Positions 1 through 12,478 of a stretch of 64,000 nucleotides of DNA are shown piece after piece. Below the pieces are notes generated by a model. The model saw nothing but the letters and a program-made list of their open reading frames with translations. It ran no database searches and was not told the origin of the DNA. Source of the DNA: Phyllobates terribilis (Eukaryota); NCBI RefSeq assembly GCF_046119375.1, contig NW_027362767.1:243908001-243972000 (forward strand), written 5' to 3'. Positions within the stretch are counted from its first letter, which is position 1, and the number at the start of each line of letters is the position of its first letter. The position numbers were made by a program, and so were the translations under genes.

Positions 1-1100
1 TGTGCTCTATATACTGTGTATACTATATATATACGGTGTCCATCTGTGTGCTGTATATACTGTATGTATGCTGTGTGCTGTATATACTGTGTGTGCTGTG
101 TGCTGTATATACTGTATATATGCTGTGTGCTGTATATACTGTATATATGCTGTGTGCTGTGTATACTGTATATATGCTGTGTGCTGTATATACTGTATAT
201 ATGCTGTGTGCTGTATATATGCTGTGTGCTGTATGTATGCTGTGTGCTGTATATACTGTATGTATGCTGTGTGCTGTATATACTGTATATATGCTGTGTG
301 CTGTATATATGCTGTGTGCTGTGTATACTGTATATATGCTGTGTGCTGTATATATGCTGTGTGCTGTATATACTGTATATATGCTGTGTGCTGTATATAT
401 GCTGTGTGCTGTGTATACTGTATATATGCTGTGTGCTGTATATATGCTGTGTGCTGTATATATGCTGTGTGCTGTGTATACTGTATATATGCTGTGTGCT
501 GTATATACTGTATATATGCTGTGTGCTGTATATACTGTATACATGCTGTGTGCTGTATATATGCTGTGTGCTGTATATACTGTATATATGCTGTGTGCTG
601 TATATACTGTATATATACTGTGTGCTGTATATACTGTATATATGCTGTGTGCTGTATATATGCTGTGTGCTGTATATACTGTATATATGCTGTGTGCTGT
701 ATATATGCTGTGTGCTGTATATACTGTATATATGCTGTGTGCTGTATATATGCTGTGTGCTGTGTATACTGTATATATGCTGTGTGCTGTATATATGCTG
801 TGTGCTGTATATACTGTATATATGCTGTGTGCTGTATATACTGTATGTATACTGTGTGCTGTATATACTGTATATATGCTGTGTGCTGTATATATGCTGT
901 GTGCTGTATATACTGTATATATGCTGTGTGCTGTATATATGCTGTGTGCTGTATATATGCTGTGTGCTGTATATACTGTATATATGCTGTGTGCTGTATA
1001 TACTGTATGTATGCTGTGTGCTGTATATACTGTATATATGCTGTGTGCTGTGTATACTGTATATATGCTGTGTACTGTATATACTGTATATATGCTGTGT
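1..1100. repeat. Simple-sequence minisatellite built from TGTGCTG / TATATACTG / TATATATGCTG modules (27- and 18-bp units), decaying to ~1570
   Basis: Direct tandem periodicity; unit lengths are multiples of 9, which explains the long open Cys/Tyr/Ile or Tyr/Thr/His frames on both strands. Confidence 0.95.
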
Positions 1101-2371
1101 CCATCTGTCCACTATCTGCTGTATTTCTGTTTCCATCTATTTACTCTCCGCTCATCTGCTGCCGATCTAATCTCTCCGCTGTATCTGTCCTTCTATATAT
1201 CTGCTGGATTTTGTAATCTGTTTACTATTTAATCTCTAGCCACAATATTGTCTGTTGTATATCTGTGCTGTATCTTTCTATATACTCTACTGTATCAATC
1301 TTTCTATTGTATCTATCTACTATATGTATCTGCTGTATCTTTCAATCTGCAGACTATATAGCCACCATTTCTGCTGTATATATCTATATAATTTCCTATA
1401 TCTGCTGTATCTTTCTAATGTTCAGTCTTCTGTATCGATCTCTACTGTATCTGTCCATGTAATTCTTGTATATATAACTATTGTATCTTTCTATTGTTTC
1501 TATCTGCTGTATCTTCCTACTTGTTTATCTATTGTACCTACTATATCTGCTTCTTCCTCCTATATCTATCTCTCCCAGGTTAGTATATTATATCACACAC
1601 TTTCATGTACCACCTGAATGCCCGATGGCTTATTTGTGCACTTTATCAGGGGATATCATGCCCACAACCAGGCGCTATGCCCCCTCTCTATTTCTCCAAT
1701 GTTAGTAAATCTGCCTTTTGTATGATAAATAGTTGCACATCGTTCTATATTTTACTTATTTTAATTCCTCACCATTTTCCAGATCGCTGCTTGCTCTCCG
1801 TGCACAGAACCATTTCTATCCCTGATCCTGCTGACACAGGTGCACGGCTCCTTACAATGGAGAGCTGTGATACATGGTAGCGAGCTCTGCAGCTGTGTCA
1901 GCAGCTCATTACCAAAGTTAGTAGTGGAAGCCACAATATTGCTCAGATCAGACAGGACCCGTCACGGATCACTTACTTCTAGGGGAAGCTACCAGCGCCT
2001 CCATAGGGAGAGCTCAGTATTACATGTGATGGATCCTCCAGAGGTTATATTGTCTTGGGTTCTTCTTTAAGACACTGGGGGTCCAGCCAATCACTTGTAT
2101 GGGGGTCCAAGCCCTGGTGTATATGCATTCACAACCACTGCACAGGACCCTTGATCTGGTGATTGATGGGACCCCCAGTGATCATACATTCATCACCCCT
2201 GCTGTTTTTCATTGGCCAATCCTTATGAAGATATTTTCCAATAGGGTGTTTAAAAGGGGTGTTTTGGTGAACCTGCACCAGGGGGCATATACACAGTGCC
2301 CGTAACATTGATACGGAGGCATTAGTGGGGGACCCAGGAGAACCCCTTTAATTTTTACTCTCTTTTTTCAG

Positions 2372-2484
2372 GTGTAGCTGCTCCCATGGAGTTGGGGACC
2401 TGCCACTGTTGCTTTATCAGTCATACATTGCACTTGTTGTTTCACACTCCATCAGAGCACAGATAGCATTGCCAGTATCCCAAG
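2372..2484 (+). other. LRRC8A: Candidate non-coding 5' UTR exon of LRRC8A (113 nt)
   Basis: Polypyrimidine tract plus acceptor (ctctcttttttcag, AG at 2370-2371) and consensus donor CAAG|GTGAGT at 2484/2485; unique sequence upstream of the coding exon; vertebrate LRRC8A has short 5' UTR exons. No transcript evidence. Confidence 0.6.
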
Positions 2485-3727
2485 GTGAGTACCTGCACCT
2501 GTAATCACACAGCAACCAATCACAAACCAGCTCTTATTTTCCTCATGCAGGTTACAATTTAAGAGAAGCATCCTGACTGGCTGCTGAGAGCCGCTGTTCT
2601 ACTTTTAGATCTGGGTATTTCTCCATGTTTGCCGCTGACTCAGCGGTGCACAGACACCACGCCCGCCCTGCCATTCAGTGCCAGGGCTGAGTTACCATTG
2701 TACTGCTGCCAGCTAGCCCAAACACACCTTTGGTTCCTGCCAGCGCTCTGTACAACAGTGTCTAATATTGCGGCAGAGCACATTTGAATGGGTTGTCAAC
2801 GCTTTGGAATTTTTTTTTTAAATGCATGTATGTGGGGCTAATGATCATTTTTACTATTGGTTTTTATTAAAAATGTTGCACCGTTTGGCTTTTCCAGGCT
2901 CTTTGTTTCAGTGCACATTTAACTTTGATGTGACGTGAGGTCATAAATCAGCTGAGAGGAGCTCAAAAAAACACAGGGAAGAGTTACAAACACTCCTGTA
3001 AGGTTGGAGCTCACTGGTGGATCCTCAGTTAACTCATTCTGCGACCAGCAATAGACAGTGCAACAAAGAGGCCATAAAAAGTAAATGGTACAAAAAGTTT
3101 AATAACCATAGCAAGAATGATTTTACATGCATCTAAGGAAGAAACTAAATTGTTCCCAGATGTGGACATTTAATTATTGTACATAATGTTCTAATAAGGC
3201 TACTATTTGCTCTAATACATTAATAGGGTATGTTATGAAAATCTGATTGGGGTCCATCCAGTGGGGCCTACATAATAATCCCATTAACCCTTCCATGAGT
3301 GGACTGGTTTGTTTGGGTTGTTTTTTTTCCCTCAATTCCAAGAGTCAGTTGTTTTTTTTTTCTTTTGCGGGATACAGTTCTGAATGTATTCACAGTACAA
3401 GGTACTGGAAAACAGGGGAAAAAATTGTGAAAAAGAATGCAATTTCTAAACTGATTCTTTGGGTTTCATTATTAGCTTGTGGGTAAAAAAGAAAAAAAAA
3501 TCTGAATTTTGTTAAAAAGAAAAATTTGATTTGTGCCGCCTTTTTCTGAGATGTAATTGGCGATTGTTCCTATTAAATGCCTCTGTCAGCGTTTGGCCGC
3601 AGTGTTTAAATGGTTCTTTATTCACTCTGCTCACTGACCTGGGGAATGTCCCTCCTGCCCCGCTGCTGGCTCATCGGTGCCACGCAAAGCTCATGAAAGG
3701 CGTTTATGTGGCGCTGAGCAGCAGTGA

Positions 3728-5178
3728 TCTACTATATAATTGTCTTATCCCGTCTGTCTGTCTGTCTGTCCTGGAAATCCTGCGTCGCTCATTGGTCCGG
3801 CAGCGGCCAATCAGCGCCACGGGATTTCTGAAAAAAGATGGCGGCCGTTAGCGGCTCATCTGCGGGACGGAGCTCAGCGGCGATGCAGTCGGGAGTTTAA
3901 ATGTCGGTGTTTAAATGTGGAGCCAAGATCGGTGATTGGTCGCGACCGATATTTAAATTTGGCACCCAAATCGGTGATTGGTCGCGGGCAGCGTCCGCGA
4001 CCAATCAGCACAGTAGTGTTTAACTTTTGCGGCAAGATCAGTGATTGGTCGCGGGCCAAGACCGCGACCAATCACCGATTTGTGCGGCACATTTAAATAG
4101 CGGCCGCGACCAATTGGATGTCAGCGCCGCTCCCCGGTCCTCCCTTCACACCCTAGCCGCATGGATGTCAGCGCCGCTGCCTGTGCGGATACTTCTGCTG
4201 CGAGAAGCCGGGAGATGAGCGACTGCTCGCAGTAGAAGTATCCCGACCCGCAGCGCCGCTCCCCGGTCCTCCCTTGACACCCTAGCCGCTGATGTCCCCA
4301 CAGTATCAGCATGGTGTTACAAAGGTTCGGACATTTGTCTTAAAAATCGCTGATTGGTCGCCGACGCTATTTAAATGTGGCGCCAAAATCGGTGATTGGT
4401 CGCGCCCAGCTTCGGCGACCAATCAGCGATTTTTAACACAAATGTCCGGACCTTTGTAACACCATGCGGATACTGTGGGGACATCAGCGGCTAGGGTGTC
4501 AAGGGAGGACCGGGGAGCGGCGCTGCGGGTCGGGATACTTTTGCTGCGAGCAGTCGCTCATCTCCCGGCTTCTCGCAGCAGAAGTATCCGCACAGGCAGC
4601 GGCGCTCCCCGGTCCTCACTAATACGATTCCGCTCCCCGGTCCTCAACAATATGATTCGCTGATTGGTCGCGCTCTCCGCACGCGACCAATCAGTGATCT
4701 TGGCGCTAAAGTTAAACACCGCTCTGCTGATTGGTCGCGGCCGCTGCCCGCGACCAATCACCGATCTTGCCGCCACATTTAAAAACTGCTGTGCTGATTG
4801 GTCGCGGACGCCAGACGCGACCAATCAGCGAGCTTGGCGCCAAATTTAAACAACACTCTGCTGATTGGTCGCGGTTGCCGGCCGCGACTAATCAGCATTA
4901 TTGGTGTCAAATTTAAACCCCGCTCTGCTGATTGGTCGCGGTTGCCGGCCGCGACTAACCGCGACTAATCAGCATTGTTGGAGCCAAATTGCCGGCCGCG
5001 ACTAATCAGCATTATTGCCGCCAAATTTAAACACTGCTCTGCTGAATGGTCGCGGCCGCCGACCGCGACCAATCAGCGATTTTGGCGCTAAATTTAAACA
5101 CCGCTCTGCTGATTGCGCCCGGTCTGCCGCATACATATTCTAGAATACCCGATGCGTTAGAATCGGGCCACCATCTAG
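3728..5178 (+). mobile_element. Non-autonomous Helitron
   Basis: 5' TC (TCTACTATATAA) after A3727; 3' CTAG (5175-5178) before T5179; subterminal hairpin CCCGAT(5148-53)/ATCGGG(5162-67); no TSD. All canonical Helitron hallmarks. Confidence 0.85.
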
Positions 5179-8100
5179 TATGTATGTATATATATATATA
5201 TATATATATATTAGCTATTACTAAGATGGTTGGCGGTAATGCTTTATTGGGATACTGAGTGTTTATCTTGTCCAGGGATACAGAGGTGGCTGGCAGCACC
5301 TTTCATTTTTTCCCAATGAAAATACATGCGCTCTAGGAGAAACTGAGTGTGTATGAGAAGGATTGGAGAGTCCTCCAAGGGAAGGAAGCTGGCGGTCCCT
5401 CCGCTATTGATCGTCTGTGTGGCAGTTTTAGGCCGATTTCACGCATCCGAAATTCACGGTCCGAGTGCGCACCACAATGTCCAGACCGGCCACGGGTCTC
5501 CTGGTCCGAACTCAGCAGCCACACATCTGCGTATGAGGCTGAGTGTACGAGGGAGCAGGTTGCTTTAAGATGGGTTGCTGCCGCCCTGCCCCCACCCAAA
5601 AAAATGTCACCCTCAGGGAGGGCCTTCTGTTTTTTTTCAGTCTGCCTGTTTCAGGAGCTCGGAGAAACGTCCTGACAAGCAGGTGTTTTCTTTCGCTTTT
5701 TTATTTTTTCCATTGCATCGCTTTTGGGGATTGGTTTATGTTTGCGTAGATTTTAGGTGAGCTAATGAGGTTGCCTTAGAGTACAAAGTATTTTTTTTAT
5801 TATTTTACTTTTTTTTTCTTTTATTATTGGCGAAATATATTTATAATTTTTTTTTCCATTAAAAAAAATATATTATTTTTGAAAAATTTTCTATTTTTTT
5901 CTAAATTATTTTTTTCATATTTAAATTTACATTAAAAAATGTTTTTGTTTTTTTTTCTATTTTTGTTACTAAGGCCGGGATGGCGACTTTCCTCACACGT
6001 TTCTTGGTAGAAGACTCGCAGGGCTCACATGTCACGGGGTAGTAAACCCCACCTGATCTGTCTTACATGGTTATATCTGTACATAAAGAATATTCTGTAA
6101 GACATATTTCAGAAATGTTGTTAGGGAGAAGTGGAGCCGAGGTCCTTAGCAACCAATCAGGTTTCTGCTCTCATTTTCCACTGGGCCTCTGAATAATGAG
6201 AGCTGGAGTCTGGTTGCTATGGGCAACTGTAGGCCGTACACATTAGATTAATAGGCCGAACCCGGCAATGTCAGCAAGACAGGGCGCCATCTAATGTGTG
6301 GGGTCTTCTGACCCTCTTCATTCAGTGAGAAGGATCGGGCTGACATTTATCTAAAGTGTATGGCTCCTTCTAATAAATAGACCGGGCGAATACTCTTTAA
6401 ACTATCCTGACATAGGACGTCCTGGTACGCCAGGTGCGGGTGTATGGCCGACACCTGCTTCTGTCCTACACATCCAGGGGCCTACTAGCCGCCATCTTTG
6501 TACTCCCATGATCGCAATTTCTCTATGTACTACTATCAGTCAAATAAGCCCTGGAGAGACCAAAAAAATGAAGGAAAAGAAATAAAAACGTTTCAATCAC
6601 CCCCTTTATCTTGTTCAAAAATAAAGAAAAATAAATAAACATATTTGCTATGCCGTGGCCTTAAAAGTCTGATGTAGGAAAATATTATTTATTCAGTGTC
6701 CTTTACAATGAAATAAATAAGGAAAGAAAAATAAACTCAAAATTGCTGTTTTTCGGTCGCCACAACTCTCCCAAAAAATGCAATAAAAAAATTATTAAAG
6801 CATTTTATGGATGCCAAAATGATATTAATAAAATATTAAATTACAGCTTGCCACGTGAAAAGAAATAAACAAGCCCTCCTATGGCTATGTCAGCAGAAAA
6901 ATAAAAATAGTTGGCTTTTGGAAGAAGGGGAGGAAAAAAAAGTGCAAAAATTAAACATTGCCTTGTCGGGAAGGAGTAAAAGGCGACATTACTCCAGAGT
7001 GGTTTCATGTCTGTGTTGAGCTCCATCACTGTAGATACCACAGAATATTGGGTTCCTATGGTGACAACCACTATTAGCCACCATTATAGTTCCCACGTGG
7101 TTGTCAGCCAGCCTCCAAACACATGAGCTACATGGGTAAGCAGGGTATGGCGTCATCCGAACACTGAACCATAGGGTTGTTTTGTGCATCATAGGTAACC
7201 CCTTACTACAATACGCCCCCTCCCTGATTCGGGCAGACAGATACTGTGCCATGTTTGGTCCTGACGCTCAGGTTGGGGCCCGGCCAGGGCTCGGACTGCC
7301 AGTAATCATTTATGAGAAGCGAATTCTTGGCCGCACACCCAGCACTGGAAGACGTCTGCTGTCTTATTGTGTGTGTGGACTTTGATTTCTTTTCTCTTAA
7401 TCTGCGTCACTTTTTTATGTGTTTTGTGACTGGTTCGGGCTGAATCCATAGTTCTGGCAGAGGAAGCTCAGCTCATACTGTGCTTGTCAGCTCCCAGTAC
7501 AGCGTCCTTCGACCAGATCGTCATCACTGTTTGACTTTCTTCTGTAAGCGTGCCGCCGTAAAAGTCAGTGCAGCCAAAAAATAGCTTAGGAGAAGGCCCA
7601 GTGGGGCTGGCTGTTGCCTGCCCTAATAATACGCAGCGAAAAGGCGCAATAGCTCAAAAGTAAGTTATGTGATGGCAGACATTCTGGGAAAAAGTGAAAT
7701 GAGTTGTATTAGAAACTTTTGGTTATTGACAAGTATGGTATGATTGGATGATCATTTGCGATTTTGCATAAGGGCATAGCATTTATATATATATTTTTTT
7801 TATTTATACAATTTATCTGATAATTCAGTCGGTTATGTTCTTGGTTGTATTAGTTACCAGTAGGATTGTAACAAATTATTATAATCTTTTGTTTATGGCC
7901 ATCTTAAAGAGAGTCTGTTAACATAAGTTGACTGTTCAAACCAAGCACTAGCGGTTGGTGCACCCTTGACGTGGCCGAGCAGTTCAACTACTTGTTTTCC
8001 ATCTATCTCTCTTTGTCTGGCTCCTATAATGCCAGACCTGTCAATCAAGAAAGTGGAGGATGGAGATAGATGGAAAACAGGTAGCTCGGAAGTGATGAAT

Positions 8101-9860
8101 TTACTGTAGCACAGATTCATCTCAGCTAAAAGTCTAGACCCTTTGATCAGGAATAGGACAGACATTTATAGGACATTTCATAACTTTCCCAAATTCTTAT
8201 GAAAAATATTCCCCACAAACTGCATTGAACCCAATTTATTATATATTTTAGGAGTCGGTCCATTTTATACCGACGATGACTCTTTATGAAAAAAGAGAGA
8301 ACCAACGTCAATTAACTTTTAATGTTGGAAAAATCCTTTAATTGTTATCATCTGTCCAGAGAATAAATATGTGGGAGTCTGATCACTGATCCCGAGAGTG
8401 GGCTCGGAAATGTTGGGTCAGAATATCCAGCCACCACTCCATTTGTTCTTAATGGGGAATGGGGGGGGAAGCCAAGAGCTGTTCTAGGCCATCACCAGCA
8501 GAGAAAAGAATGGAACAGTGGCGTGCATATCCTGTTGGGCTGGAGTGGTGGCCATACATGCCACCGTTCCATTCATTCAATATGGGACTACAGAGAAAAA
8601 GCAGAGCGTTTTCTCTTGCAGTTCCATAGACAATGAATGGAGTGGTGGCGTACATGTGTGGCCACCGCTCTATTCCTGCCTGTCATGCACGCCGTTCCAT
8701 TTATTGCTTTGTGGGACTTCTGTTGATGGCCTAGCACTTGGCTTTTTCCCCATACAGAATGAATGAAGTGGTGGCAGAGGCTCATTTCATACTGGTATTT
8801 CAGAACCTGTTCTCGGTATGGGAGAGAGTTCCAGAAGTCAGACCCCCGACCTAACTTTTGGCTAGGTGATATATTTTAATATTGGGAATAACCTTTTAAT
8901 GAATAACAATTTCTTAAATTACAAGAACTGATGATTTGGTAGCACCAATGATTGCCATAAAAATCTTGGTTCTGCAGTCGTTGCGTAGTTCTAACTGTAT
9001 ATTGGTAGATGCTGCGGTGGGTGATGCTTGTAAATGTATTCTGAGGACGCTCACGCTATTTTTGTTGGTGGCTTCTCCATGTGAAAGGTGACCTTCTGCT
9101 GGAATGAATCAGCGTGCATGCCCCGAGTGTGTAGGAAATGCATCTTATTAACCCAGCCCTGCACGTCACTGCGACATCTGGAGCTGCAGAGAATCCTCCG
9201 AGGGTTAATAAGTGTCTGTAATAATATACCCTGGGTTTTCTATTACCTTGTTAATATATTGCGTATACTGGGTGAAGAACTACCAATCCAAGCGTGTCTT
9301 GCTAGTAAAGATCAAGCACAAACCTGGATCCATCCCATTTCAAAAGGCTGTCCAGGTTCGGAAAATAATGTGTCAATTTTTTTCTGATATTGCATTTTAG
9401 GGCTATGGACTTCAATAGAGAGGCGCTGCAATACCAGACACAGACTGTGGACAGATGTGGTGCTGTCTTTATTAAGAATAAAAAAAAAAAAAAAGGAAAA
9501 AAAGCAGGCTTAAAGCTAGCCATACATATCAGATGGGTGTCGGCCAAACGCTTGTCCTTGTTTGTTGTCTTTCCTGACCCCCACCCCTGGCCATACACAT
9601 GCACTCAATAACACAGGTGGCTTGGCCTCTTTTTTCTACATGCTTGCTGATCCGACTGAGCCTTTTGTAAGTCGTGTGAGTAGCGCTGCATCCATGTGAC
9701 TGGCTTTTTGAGAATTACACTTTAGTAATGTAGGGGTTAAGAGAAGATGAGGCTCCCTTGACAATAGGTTTTAATTTCCAGCCCCAGTTTGTGGTTTTCT
9801 GTTCGCTATCTCCTAAACGGCGTCTGTCATTTTATTTCTTTTGTGGATTAAAATAGATGT

Positions 9861-10090
9861 TTAAAGGGGACCTGTCACTTCCCATATATATATATATATA
9901 ATATATATATATAATATATTATTTTTTTTACCCGGTGTAAATGCCGCCATTCTTCTGAATCCGGCGCTGTTTTTCTTTTGTTCCTGCGCCTCTCTAATCT
10001 TGAGATATGAGAAGATCTCAAGAACAGCGGCATTTACACATGGCTACAAAAAAATACATATTAATGGCAAGTGACCCCTCTCACTTTTTA
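9861..10090. mobile_element. Internally deleted T2/Kolobok-type MITE (family also at 17.4, 29.7 and 32.3 kb)
   Basis: Starts TTAAAGGGGACCTGTCAC; shares the aatgccgc..ctgaatccggcg / gaacagcggcatttacac arms with the other copies. Confidence 0.65.
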
Positions 10091-10327
10091 GAGGGGCTGT
10101 ATGAGATCAGAGTGGTCTGAGACGCTTGTTATATGTAGATTAGCCAACTAAAATTTCCGAAAGTGTGTGACGCATTAGTTTTACTTTCCCTTTTTAATAA
10201 CCTTTGTATCATTTCTAATCCCATCCCCTTGTGTAATGTCCTCACCTGTCCCCTGCTGGTATAATTAGATGTCAGGTTTCTCAGGGATTGTACTGAAACC
10301 TGTTCTGTGCTTGTTTCCAGGTGAGCC

Positions 10328-12478
10328 ATGATCCCTGTAACGGAGCTACGGTATTTTGCAGACACGCAACCGGCTTATCGCATCTTGAAACCATGGTGGG
10401 ATGTCTTCACAGACTACATCTCCATAGTCATGCTGATGATAGCAGTGTTTGGGGGAACCCTGCAGGTCACACAGGATAAGATGATCTGCCTGCCTTGTAA
10501 ATGGGTCACCCATGACAGCTGTAATGATTCGTACCGTGCCTGGACAGCTCCCGAACCGGAGTACACCAACAGTAGCCTGGGACCACCTCCCGGACTCGGC
10601 CCGACTGGCATCAAATACGACTTGGATAGACATCAGTATAACTATGTTGATGCCGTGTGCTATGAGAACCGGCTGCACTGGTTCGCCAAGTACTTTCCTT
10701 ACCTCGTATTATTGCACACGTTGATCTTCTTGGCCTGTAGTAACTTCTGGTTTAAGTTTCCCCGCACCAGCTCCAAGTTGGAACATTTTGTATCCATCCT
10801 TCTCAAATGTTTTGATTCACCATGGACAACTCGGGCCCTGTCCGAAACCGTGGTGGAAGAAAGCGATACTAAGCCTGCCGGAGGAAAGATGAACGGCTCG
10901 GTGGACAAGAAGTCTTCTACAGCCAGCGAAGATGTAGAAGCCACCGTGCCCATGCTTCAAAGAAGTAAGTCCAGGGTGGAACAGGGGATTGTCGATAGAA
11001 CGGAGACCGGCGTCTTGGATAAAAAGGAGGGCGAGCAGGCCAAAGCCTTGTTCGAGAAGGTGAAGAAGTTCAGAACTCACGTAGAAGAGGGTGATATAGT
11101 ATACAGGCTCTACATGCGGCAGACAATCATCAAAGTCATCAAGTTTATTCTGATCCTCTGCTACACTGTGTATTATGTCAGCAGCATTACTTTTGACGTG
11201 GACTGCAAGGTGGACATTGAAAGCCTCACTGGCTATCGAATGTATCGTTGCGCTCATCCACTGGCCACACTCTTCAAAATCTTAGCCTCTTTCTACATCA
11301 GCCTGGTGGGCTTTTATGGACTCGTCTGCGTCTACACACTCTGGTGGATGCTGAGACGGTCCTTAAAAAAATATTCCTTCGAGTCCATCCGAGAGGAGAG
11401 CAGCTACAGCGATATCCCGGACGTGAAGAACGACTTTGCCTTTATGCTGCATCTCATAGACCAGTACGATCCGCTCTACTCGAAGCGTTTTGCCGTCTTT
11501 TTGTCGGAAGTCAGCGAGAATAAACTGAGACAGCTGAATCTCAATCATGAGTGGACATTGGATAAACTACGGCAGAGGATCACCAAGAACTCCCAGGACA
11601 AGCTGGAGCTGCACCTTTTTATGTTGAGCGGTATCCCCGACACAGTGTTTGACCTGGTCGAGCTGGAAGTCTTGAAACTAGAACTTATACCAGATGTCAC
11701 CATCCCTCCTAGCATCGCCCAGCTACTGGGGCTAAAGGAGCTCTGGTTGTACCACACGGCTGCTAAAATTGAGGCACCAGCTTTGGCCTTCCTCCGAGAG
11801 AACCTAAAGTCACTGCACATCAAATTTACTGACATCAAGGAGATTCCTTTATGGATCTATAGCTTAAAAAACTTAGAGGAGCTGCACCTAACCGGTAACC
11901 TGAGCTCCGAAAACAATCGATATATCGTCATTGATGGTCTAAGAGAGTTGAAGAGATTGAAAGTGTTGAGACTGAAGAGTAACCTGACTAAATTACCCCA
12001 GGTCGTGACTGATGTAGGCGTCCACCTGCAGAAGCTCTCGGTCAACAATGAGGGCACCAAGCTGATGGTCCTCAACAGTCTCAAAAAGATGGTGAACCTT
12101 GCAGAACTGGAGTTGGTGCGCTGTGATTTGGAGAGAATCCCTCACTCCATTTTTAGTCTTCACAACCTTCAGGAGATCGATCTGAAGGATAATAATTTGA
12201 AGACCATTGAGGAGATTATCAGCTTCCAGCACCTACACAGACTGACCTGCCTGAAGCTCTGGTACAACCACATCGCTTACATCCCCATTCAGATTGGCAA
12301 TCTGGCATGCCTCGAGCGCCTGTACCTCAACCGCAACAAGATAGACAAAATACCAATTCAGCTGTGCTTGTGCCGAAAGCTCCGCCATCTTGACCTGAGC
12401 CACAACACCCTAACAAGCATCCCGTCGGAGATTGGGCAACTGCAGAACTTGCAGTATTTTGCTGTAACTGCCAACCAT
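10328..12478 (+). CDS. LRRC8A: LRRC8A (SWELL1, volume-regulated anion channel subunit) coding exon 1, codons 1-717: pannexin-like 4-TM domain plus most LRRs
   Basis: MIPVTELRYFADTQPAYRILKPWWDVF N-terminus and DRHQYNYVDAVCYE, YSKRFAVFLSEVSE motifs near-identical to mammalian LRRC8A; acceptor ttccag at 10320; phase-0 donor CAT|GTGAGT at 12478/12479. Confidence 0.98.

Noticed and set aside
2-1232. Five long ORFs (173-404 aa) rich in Cys/Tyr/Ile or Tyr/Thr/His
   Set aside because: Translations of an 18/27-bp tandem repeat lacking stop codons; open on both strands; no splice or domain evidence
3870-5110. Repeat-spacer pattern resembling a CRISPR array
   Set aside because: Eukaryotic context, no cas genes, spacers are related to each other, and the array lies inside Helitron termini
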